From positions 3,038,001 through 3,102,000 of the forward strand of contig OX597821.1 of NCBI GenBank assembly GCA_951406725.2: a stretch of 64,000 nt of DNA, read 5' to 3'. Positions 54,304 through 64,000 of the stretch are shown here, piece by piece. A program made the position numbers and the translations under genes. Position 1 is the first letter of the stretch, and every line of letters starts with the position of its first letter. The stretch is from Octopus vulgaris (lineage: Eukaryota). The notes below the pieces were generated by a model, which saw only the letters and a list, made by a program, of their open reading frames with translations, made no database searches and had not been told where the DNA came from.

Positions 54304-54480
54304 TGGCGGTGACCTGGCAGAATTGTCAGCACGTCGGGAAACCTGCTTAGCAGCATTTCATCCGCCTTTACAACCTGAGTTCCAATTACGCTGAGGTCGA
54401 CTTGCCATTCATCCTTTCGGGGATAATAATTTAAGTACTTGTGAAACACTGGGGCTGATGTAATCGTCTATTTCCCCAAC
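54304..54480 (+). mobile_element. SINE family A
   Basis: GGCGGTGACCTGGCAGAAT..GAGGTCGACTTGCCATTCATCCTTTCGGGG. Confidence 0.75.
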
Positions 54481-54499
54481 GAAAGTTTCAGATTTTTAT

Positions 54500-54520
54500 T
54501 ATCAGCATCATCATCATCAT

Positions 54521-54573
<53 letters not shown>

Positions 54574-54644
54574 CCATCACCATAATCACCGTCACCATCA
54601 CCATCACCATCACCACCACCACCACCACCACCACCAACACTATT

Positions 54645-54691
<47 letters not shown>

Positions 54692-54748
54692 AATCATCAT
54701 CATCATCATAAATCATCATAATCATCATCATCATCATCATCATCATTA

Positions 54749-54798
<50 letters not shown>
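54500..54798. repeat. (ATC)(ACC)(ATT) compound microsatellite
   Basis: Directly visible. Confidence 0.95.
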
Positions 54799-54801
<3 letters not shown>

Positions 54802-55770
54802 TAGTATATTTTTTTATATCGTGCTTTCACTTCACTACCGAGCACAGCTCTGTGTGCCTTGGGTGTGTGCTGTGATTTGTTGTGATGCTCTGATGGTTAT
54901 TGTATGGAAAGCGTTCTGCGTAGGATGTGTGAAGTTCCTAGTAGTGCAATTTTCTGTATGTTATATGTGTTTGTAAGTCCTGGTGTTTTTGTTGTGTATT
55001 TGTTTGAATATTTTTTTATCATGCCTAATGCACCTACTATGATAGGAATTGTTTCTGCTTTTAGATTCCACATTCTTGTTACCTCTATTTCCAGGTCTTT
55101 GTATTTTGAAAATTTCTCCATTTCTTTTAGAGACACGTTGTCATCCGCTGGTACATCAATTAGAAAACATTTTTTTCTTCATGATCTCTGACAACTATAT
55201 CTGGACTGTTGGCCTTAATTTCTCTATCTGTGTGTATCGGAAAATCCTTTTCTGTGACCTTTTCTGGTGTGTGCCTATACCATCTTTTTTCTGTTGTTAT
55301 TCCATAATGTTGGCATAGCTTCCAATGTATGTAGGTCCCAACTCTGTCGTGTCTGTGAATATATTACTTCTTAGCCAGGACTGGGCAGCCAGAGATAAAA
55401 TGATTTATTGTTTCTTGTCCATCTCCACACATTCTGCAGTTACTTGTAATATTTCTTTTCATTAAATGTTTTTTGTAATTTCTGGTGGGGAGGCTTTGGT
55501 CTTGTGCTGCAATTAAAAATCCCTCTGTCTCTGCTTTGAGTCCTGAGCTTCTCAACCATTGCTGGGATTTTTCTTTGTCTATTTCTTTTGCATTTAGTTT
55601 AGTCCAGTATTTGCCATGAAGGGGCTTTTCTTGCCATCGTTTTATCATGGTTCTTTGCTGTTCTAGTTTGGATTTCATTTGTTTTATAGCTTTGTTTTTC
55701 TTCTTCTTCTTCTTCTTCTTCTTCTTCTTCTTCTTCTTCTTCTTCTTCTTCTTCTTCTTCTTCTTCTTCT

Positions 55771-55805
<35 letters not shown>

Positions 55806-58800
55806 TTCTGCTTCTTCTTCTTCATATTTGTTAGGTGTTATGATTTCTTGTTTGTGTTTATCAGCTTCCTTAAATACTGAGAACAGTTTTTTGTTTTGCT
55901 CGTGTTTTGCCGCTATTTGTATCAGTTTTCCTTCCTTCTGAAGTAGATATTTTTGCAGTCCTATGGTGGTTATTTTATAGTAGTTTTCCAGCTGTATAAG
56001 GCCTGTACCACCTTCTATACGTTGTATATATAGTCTTTCGATGTCAGTATCCTAGATACTGTCGTTATTCTTCTTGTTTTCCTATCTATTTTGGTCAGTT
56101 CATTTCGTGTCCAGTTAAGGAAATTGTAGCTGTAACTTATAACTGGGACAGCTAAAATGTTAATACCTATTATCTTGTTTTTAGCATTGAGCTCTATTTT
56201 TGTATTGATCTAACTCGTCTATAATATTCTTTTTTTATTTTCTCTTTTATTTGTGTGTGTTGTGTCTTATCTAGTTCATGGATTCCTAAGTATTTGTAAG
56301 TTTGGCTTTGGTCTAATTCTTTTATTTCATTGGTTTTATCTAGTGTGATGTTGCTACTCTTTACTAGTTTTCCTCTTTTCATGGCGCATTTTTCTATTCC
56401 AAATTTCATATCTATTTCTTTGGTAAATCCATGAACTGTTTTTAATAGTGTTTCCAGCTGTTTGTCATTTCCAGCGTATAGTTTTAGGTCATCCATATAT
56501 AAAAGGTGGCTTATCGTTTTGCCGTAATATTTATATCCGCATCCATTGCTATTTAGCATATCAGATAGAGGTGACAGTGCCAAGCAGAAAAAGAGTGGAG
56601 AGAGCGTGTCTCTCTGGAATATTCCTCTTCTAATGGGGATGGCTTTGGTTTTCAGGGGTCCTTCATTTGTTTGAAGCTGTAGCACTGTTTGCCATTTATT
56701 CATAGGGTGTCCTATGAATTTTATAATTGTTGGTGCTACTTTGCTAATGGCTAGTGTTTCGAGGATCCATGTATAGGGGATGCTATCAAACGCCTTTTTG
56801 TAGTCGATCCAGGCCATACTAAAGCCTTTCTTCTTTCTGTGGCTGTCTTCAGTTATGGCTTTATTAATCATTAGTTGATTTTTACAGCCATATGAGCCTT
56901 TGCGGAATACTTTCTGTTCTTCTGGAAACAGGTTGTTTTCGTCCAGGTGCTTGTTCAACCTTTGCGATATCACTGCAGTAAATGCCTTGTACATTGTAGG
57001 GAGACAGGTTATTGGTCTGTAGTTTTCTGGTTTTGCTGTCTCATTTGATTTGGGTATTAAGATGGTTTTCCCCTTCGTGAGCCACTAAGGCATTGTCTCT
57101 GGCTCTGCCTGTATGTTGTTAAAATTTCCAGCCAGCTTTTTGTGCATTCCTGTTAGATATTTCCACCAGAGGTTGGGGATCTTGTCATGCCCAGGTGCCT
57201 TCAAGTTGCTTAGTCTTTGCAGTGCCTGGGTGACCTCTTCAGTTGTTATGGGGGTCCAAAGTTGCTCAGATGCTGGGTTTGTTGTTTTAATACTCCTTCT
57301 TTTTTGGTTATTCGTTCGCCGACCATATTTCTCTCCAGAATTCTTCCACTTCTTCTGCCGTTGGTGCTGCAGTGATTTCTATTTATTTTTGCCAAGTTCT
57401 TGGTAAAACTTGGGGTTGGAGTTGAACTTTTTGTTTTGTTCAAAGAAGCGCTGGCGTTTCTCGTACCGGCGAACCCTTTGTGCATTGGCAAGGATATCTT
57501 GCTTTAGCTTTTCTTTTATCTAAGGTAAATCTTTTTCTGTGATGTTGTATTTGCGGAGTATTTTTTTTTTTTGTTGCTCAGTAGCGTTGATTGTCTACTG
57601 ATTTCATTAAGAATCGGCAGATCTTTTCTCATTTTTTGTATTTTGTTTCGGATATTATTTATACACAGGGTTGTTTGGGTGGTGGTACTCCTGTTCAGAT
57701 GGGTTTGAGGGAGTATCCAGCTTCTTTTGTGACTGCAGTGGCTGCTGCATATACTAAGTCATTTAGCTCAGTGATATCGCTTTTTGTTTCAGTGGCTATT
57801 AGTTCCGTGACGGCTAGGTTTATGCTGTTTATAATTGGTGTTGTTGTTTCGTCTATTTTGATTTTTTGTAGGTATGGTCGGTGGTCCATTTTGAGCTCTG
57901 TGGTTTTCAGTTCTTTGATTATTCTGCTTTTTATATTATTATAATCATTAGGTTCCCCTTCGTTGTTTCCAAGTTTTAGATTTGTGTCACTTTCTTTCTT
58001 ATTTGAATGTTTGTTTGTCGTGTTTTGGCTTGCTGTTTGTCGTGTATTATTATGCATCATTACAGTCTGGGTTTGTTTTTTTTCTGTTTTCATCATTTAT
58101 GTTGGAAATGTTACGTTTGTCTTCGTATTTTACTGTTTCAGTGTTTATATTATTGGGCATTGTTGTGTGGCTTCTATCTACATTTTCCTGATGTATTTTT
58201 TCCTTTAGATGTTCTATTTCTATTTCTGATTTTTTCTGCGTTGAGAATGTATCTCCGTATATTTGCTAGTTTATTAGGGTTGATTGCTGTATCCAAGTCT
58301 ATATTTATGTTATTTTCCTTCTATATTTAATATGTATGTGTTGCTGTGTTTTCATTTTTTGGGTAGAGTATTGCTGTGAAGTATGCGTGTAAGATAGAAA
58401 TGTATTTCTTCACGTGTCCATTTATGTGTCTTGGGTTTTATTTGCGGGACATGAGGAACAACGTCTGGCCCATTATTTTGACTGTCGTCATTTTCGTAGG
58501 GTACCGGTCCGTTCATTTCTGTTGTCACATTATTTCGCACGTGTAGTTTTTCGTACATTTTGTGTTGTAAGTTTAAAGTACGTACTTCCCGATTGTTATT
58601 CTTGGGTTGAATAATACCGTATTATTTAATTTGTTCGTAGTTTTTTTGTACTTGGTGTTTGGGGTCGGGAATGATCTGGTGTTGGTGGATCGTAATGTAT
58701 CAAGCATGTTTACATGTGTTGTGTTAGAGGTGGAGATGATATCGAGTTAAAATACATCATTTTGTTTCGAAAATAGTAATAAATTTCAATGAGTATTACT

Positions 58801-58925
58801 TACTCGGATATGGTCCAAGCCTTTGTCAGTAAATTTCTGACTCCATACGATGTATTTGTTTTCTATGTTTGTGGATAGATTTCGGAGCACTGTTTTATCG
58901 TTCTCACATCTTAAACGTCCCCGTT
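54799..58925 (-). mobile_element. Dong family 1, near full-length (~4.1 kb) R4-clade RLE retrotransposon, frameshifted, between (TAA)n-rich tracts
   Basis: N-terminal HKWTREE motif; RT at 56194-56994 (AWIDYKKAFDS, RGIFQRDTLSP, HLLYMDDLKL, YKYLG); CRMCGDGQETINHFISGC; EKFSKYKDL; same 3' end as 45481-46415. Confidence 0.93.
55700..55823. repeat. (TTC)n/(GAA)n expansion inside the Dong ORF
   Basis: ~40 units between AAATAT and AACAAAGCTATAAAAC on the minus strand. Confidence 0.9.
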
Positions 58926-59097
58926 TAATTATATTATTATTATTATTATTATTAATATTAATAATAATATTATTAATAATAATAATATTATTAATATTAT
59001 TATTATCATTTGTTACAGTAGTAGTAGTAGCAGTAGTAGTAGTAGTAGCAGCAGCAGCAGGAGTAGTAGTAGTAGTAGTAGTAGTAGTAGCAGCAGC

Positions 59098-59167
<70 letters not shown>

Positions 59168-59175
59168 TTAAGAGT
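58926..59175. repeat. (ATT/AAT)n then (AGT/AGC)n microsatellite
   Basis: Directly visible. Confidence 0.9.
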
Positions 59176-60299
59176 AGTATCACTATTACCGTTGCTGTTA
59201 TACGAATGATACCTAGGATAAAAGCAGTTTTGCATAATCTCTGCCTTAAACTTCGATGAAGTATGCTTCAATGCGATTGGCTTCCGTTATTGATCTTCTT
59301 ATGTTAGTTCCAGTACGCACGTTTTCATCTCCGTCTAACTTATCGATGCCTTTAACAAGCCCAACAATATTTGTAGTTTCCGAAAACTATCCCTCCACTA
59401 CAAGGAGGTACTGTAAAGTTGCTGGTGTAAGGTTACCGCGAAAGGCATGGTTCGATGCTCACTCTTCCGCTGCGAATAAAATCTCGTTGTTATTGGGTTC
59501 AGTAAAGATTTGAATTTTAAACTCCGGATTAAGTCCTATATAAAATGGAAAGCAACTTATCAATATGGCAGAAATGTGTTTACAGCTCTTCCGGTGACGG
59601 TGTATTTCCACCGAATAAGCAAACATTTAGGTTTGCAAATAAAAGAAATTGCTTAATAACTTTATTCAGAATTTTTACCAATTGCTTGGAAAACAGATTT
59701 GATTAGAAATACCAAATGTTATGCAGGGAAAATTGACAGAAAAATAAAAAAAGAAGCTGACACTTCAATCCTGTTTCGGGTTTGATATATACAATACAAT
59801 TTAATTTAAATCTGAAAATAAATCTACGTATTCTGCTTTGTATGTAATACAGAGAAATATTGTATGTAGGTGAGATAATGGCGAACAAATGCAATTAGAT
59901 TATGTTAGCTTACGAAGGTCATCTATTATCAAAGCTGTTTCATAAATTCAAAACTTGTGCTGCGTCTGCACTGTGATACATTCACACATACATACAAGCA
60001 TACATACATACATACGTACATACATACATACATACATACATACATACATACATACATACATACATACATGCATACATACATACATGCATGTATACATACA
60101 TACATACATAAATACCTACATACATGTATATAAATCTGTATGTGTGAAATATTAAACTAATGTAACTATAAAATATGTGTGAATGATTTCAGTTCAAAAA
60201 TATTGATTTTTAGCATTTTCAAATTATCCAAAATAGTAATTGTTCAACTACAGCGTCAGTATTTCCAAAATCTCTCTTATTATGATTTTATTGTTATTA

Positions 60300-60492
60300 C
60301 AGACGTACTGGCAGTATTGTTTGAACGTAGGAAAATATGTTCTTAATTCAGGTTCCACCGAAGTCAATGCTGCATTTCATTCTTTCAGAGTCGATGAAAT
60401 AAGTTCTAGCTGAACATTGGGTTCGATGTTGTCGATTACTCTCGTCCCTCGTCGCTCTAAACGCGCTAGATTTCGGCTAAAATTTGAAACAA
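60300..60492 (+). mobile_element. SINE family A, very diverged
   Basis: TTTCATTCTTTCAGAGTCGATGAAATAAGT..TGGGTTCGATGT..TCGATT..AATTTGAAAC. Confidence 0.55.
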
Positions 60493-60516
60493 ATGCTATT
60501 ATTATTATTATTATTA

Positions 60517-60603
<87 letters not shown>

Positions 60604-60614
60604 TTATTATTATT

Positions 60615-61127
60615 CAGTAGTTTTATTTTTATAGCGTGCTTTCACTTCACTACCGAGCGCAGCTCTGTGTGCCTTGGGTATGTGCTGTGATTTATTGTGA
60701 TGCTCTGATGGTTATTGTATGGAAAGTGTTCTGCGTAGGATGTGTGCAGTGCCTAGTAGTGCAATTTTCTGTATGTTATATGTGTTTGTAAGTCCTGGTG
60801 TTTTTGTTATGTATTTGTCTGAATTCTTTTTTATCATGCCTAATGCACCTACTATGATAGGAATTGTTTCTGTTTTCACATTCCACATTCTAGTTACCTC
60901 TATTTCTAGGTTTTTGTATTTTGAGAGTTTCTCCATTTCTTTTAGAGACACGTTGTCATCTGCCGGTATTGATACATCAATTAGAAAGCATTTTTTTCTT
61001 CATGATCTCTGACAACTATATCTGGTCTGTTGGCCTTAATTTCTCTATCTGTGTGTATCGGCATATCCCAGAGTATGGTTGCTTTCTTGTTTTCTGTGAC
61101 CTTTTCTGGAGTGTGCCTATAGCATCT
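60615..61127 (-). mobile_element. Dong family 1, short 5'-truncated copy (RLE domain)
   Basis: MSLKEMEKLSKYKNLEIEV..ALLGTAHILRRTLSIQ; same 3' UTR as the other family 1 copies; TAA on both sides. Confidence 0.93.
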
Positions 61128-61161
61128 GTGACCTTATTATTATTATTATTATTATTATTAT

Positions 61162-61672
61162 TGAGTGAGAGAGCAGTTCATGCCATCAAAGTGACACTGG
61201 GGTAAAATATATGAAGCCCAGTATACCCATCATGACTACCCGCCTGATAAAGGTACACCAGGCACATGCATCACAACCATATGTGCGCGACATGGTGATC
61301 TCATATCAAGATAAACAGCACATGATCTTGCAGGTGGGGCCCAGTTAGAATTTTCTTCATGTTGAGTAGCCCATCCCGCTCAAACGGTCCCTGAATAAGG
61401 GTTGTTTAAGGATGTTGAAAGAACCATCCATGTTTCCAGAGGTGAACTATTCAAACCCCAAAGAATCCCTCTCAACACATGGCTATGATGCTCCCCCAAT
61501 ACTTCTGATCAACTGGTTAAGGCCAAACAACTGACAAGCAAATCTGTGGTATTGAGCAGAATATTTGCTGTAGCCCATCTTTTATACCAAGACAAAACAA
61601 TGTACGTGATAACACTTCCAATCAGTTAAGATCAGAAGCCATGAGAGCCACTGCCTGGTACTGCATCAGGGC

Positions 61673-61676
<4 letters not shown>
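61162..61676 (-). mobile_element. Non-coding (TAA)n-inserted element, copy 2 (~44-bp internal deletion)
   Basis: Reverse complement of 46438-46996. Confidence 0.85.
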
Positions 61677-61771
<95 letters not shown>

Positions 61772-61799
61772 TATTATTATTATCATTATCATTATTATA

Positions 61800-61832
<33 letters not shown>

Positions 61833-61847
61833 TTGATTTGATTTTGA

Positions 61848-61895
61848 TTTTTCCAGTTTCAGCTCATGAGCTGTGGTCATCCTGGGGCACCGCCA
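61848..61895 (-). mobile_element. Extreme 3' tip of the CR1/L2-group LINE
   Basis: AGTTTCAGCTCATGAGCTGTGGTCATCCTGGGGCACCGCCA matches 4875-4915. Confidence 0.7.
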
Positions 61896-61916
61896 TTATT
61901 ATTATTATTATCTTTA

Positions 61917-62015
<99 letters not shown>

Positions 62016-62554
62016 TTATTATTATTATTGTCGACATAGCTTCAGGTGTGTTTTTGGAGCGTTGTAAGTTTATGCTTAATTCACTTGTTTTAAAAGGTTC
62101 TTGTTGTTTAAATCGTTTTGCAAACCTGCTGCCTTTCTGGGGTGGGGACAGAGGTTTGTTAACCTTTTTGTCTTCAAATGTCTTCGATAATTTGCATCGA
62201 AGGGAGTAAACATTGAAGATGGTGACGAAAAGTGGGAGTGAGGAAGGACGGTGTTACGGCAATTTGCAGAAGGAATTCCTCGTCCTTTCTACCATGATTG
62301 GCAGTGGACAGCAGGAAGAAGTGAAGGAAGAAGAAAAAAGGAAGAAAAGGAAAAGAAGAAAGAAGAAAGAAGATGAGAAACGGAAGGAAGGTGAGACGAA
62401 GGAAGAAGAAAAGTCTTCCTCCCTACATGGAAATTGTAGTAGCACGAAGAACAGCATTGACAACAATTACGAAGAGTCTAACAAAAATGGAGGAAGCAGC
62501 GAGAAAGAGACTTTTGCACGTATCTTGGCAGCTAAAGAATTCGTTAGTTCGTAA

Positions 62555-62696
62555 GCAAGCTACTTACCACACAGCCACTCATATCGGCAAAAAATACTGA
62601 TAGAATAAGTTCTAGAAAGGAATTGTTCGACCAAAGGCGGTACTCCAGCTTGGCCGCAGTCAAAATGATTAAAACAAGTAAAAGAATAAAAGAATA
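62555..62696. mobile_element. SINE family C fragments (antisense head 62555-62582; sense 3' half 62585-62696)
   Basis: AGCAAGCTACTTACCACACAGCCACTC, then GATAGAATAAGT..AAAGGCGGTACTCCAGCTTGGCCGCAGTC..AAAAGAAT. Confidence 0.7.
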
Positions 62697-63009
62697 TTTA
62701 TGAAGCGTAACTGTATGTCAGAGTGCGTGAGCCCCGCACTCTCTCTCACACATTCTCTCTCTGTTTCTCTGAATCTCTCATTGACAACCCGTGGTCGTTC
62801 CTTTATATTCCCTTTCGTCAAAGCTAAACAAACTGGTTGAGTATCAGATTTAAAATCAGGGTGAATAAAGCTGAATAAACACTTCAGATGTGTGTACTAG
62901 CGTGGACGAAGTTCAGCTCAATGACAGAAGCAATCAAACAAATATTTTAATTAATATATGGATATGAAAAATACAGTTCATGTTCTGCTATATATTAATA
63001 ATAATAATG

Positions 63010-63062
<53 letters not shown>

Positions 63063-63065
<3 letters not shown>

Positions 63066-64000
63066 CAGGATCGAAGCGATCAATGATTTAGCCATGCCAG
63101 TCGTGACTTACAGTTTCAATATCCTTAACTGGTCAATTACTGAAATATGTAATCTTGACAGAAAAATACGAAAACTGTTGACAATGCATAGAATGCACCA
63201 CGCTAAGGCAGATATAGAAAGAATTTATCTGCCAAGAAAAGAGGGAGACCGTGGATTTTTACAACTGGCAATAACAATGAAGATTGCTACAATTGGCCTA
63301 GACACCTACCTGAGAAACTCTGAGGATTGGATGTTAAAACTTGTCTCAAAACATGGAAACAAGAAAGCATCATACTCAGTAACAAAACAGGCAAAGGAAT
63401 ATCTAAGTGAATTCCGAATACAACAAATTTCGGAATTAGACATACAAGAAACAAGCACAGAAAAAGCTAAGTGCATGAAAACCCGTGCTAAAACTGCTGC
63501 CTTAGATATTCTGAATGATAAATGGCAAGAAAAACCTCTCAATGGCAAATACCCAAAGAGACAGAATAATGCAGATGTGGACAAAGCTCTGACCCATCAA
63601 TGGCTAATTGCCTCTGGCTTAAAATCTGCCTACCTACAAGGAATTACCAAGCCAACATATTAAAGAACGGCAGTAGCCCAACATGTGTCTGTCAACAAAA
63701 AGATGAAACCATTGTCATGTTGTCTCCAAGTGCAGTCTTCTAGCGCCTACAGAGTATCTCAACAGGCAGATTAGAGCTGCACAATATATTCACTGGGTAA
63801 TTTGCAAAAACCTGGATTTGTCCCATGAAAAAAAATGGTGGGAACACAAACCACCTCCAATGCTTGAAAATGACCACATCTCACTCCTCTGGAACTTCAC
63901 CATTCAAACTGATAGAAAGATGCGAATAGGCCAGGCATTATAGTAAAATACTTCAGACAAAGAACATGCCTCCTTATTGATATGACTGTCCCAATCGATA
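63063..64000 (+). mobile_element. R4/Dong-clade element, further family, 5'-truncated at (TAA)n, running off the window
   Basis: AINDLAMPVVTYSFNILNWS..LDRKIRKLLTMHRMHHAKADIERIYLPRKEG.RG; WQEKPLNGKY; WWEHKPP..LLWNF; LIDMTVP. Confidence 0.9.

Noticed and set aside
58700-58925. HDV-like ribozyme at the Dong 5' end
   Set aside because: The nested double pseudoknot could not be fitted by eye.
59200-59620. Complex segment beyond the Dong 5' end, including a GGAAG-AGCT-GTA half-hammerhead on the minus strand
   Set aside because: No core or stem I found, and no identifiable ORF.
62030-62550. 113-aa K/E-rich ORF
   Set aside because: Low complexity from GAA-rich sequence; possibly a LINE 5' region but unsupported.

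Overview
Eukaryotic, AT-rich, microsatellite-saturated non-coding DNA. The SINE families and (TA)n/(TACA)n density suggest a coleoid cephalopod, probably Octopus (inference from sequence only). I found no convincing host exon; almost all listed ORFs are translations of microsatellites. The window is mostly retroelement debris in two target niches. (TA)n tracts hold Penelope-like element (PLE) remnants: pseudo-LTRs, often as inverted pairs, one around a GIY-YIG endonuclease fragment. (TAA)n tracts at 43-49 kb and 54.5-64 kb hold six R4/Dong-clade RLE retrotransposon copies and two copies of a ~0.55 kb non-coding passenger element. The main signal is about 15 minimal type-I hammerhead ribozyme (HHR) motifs or relics in the PLE remnants. 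They include a canonical C3-G8 core, the compensatory G3-C8 and U3-A8 cores, and recurrent U4C and A6U variants. Also present: CR1/L2-group, RTE and L1/Tx1 LINE fragments, Tc1/mariner and Tigger relics, several tRNA-derived SINE families, a 1.17 kb tandem duplication and a (TA)n-centred palindrome. Folds were paired by eye, and no activity is demonstrated.
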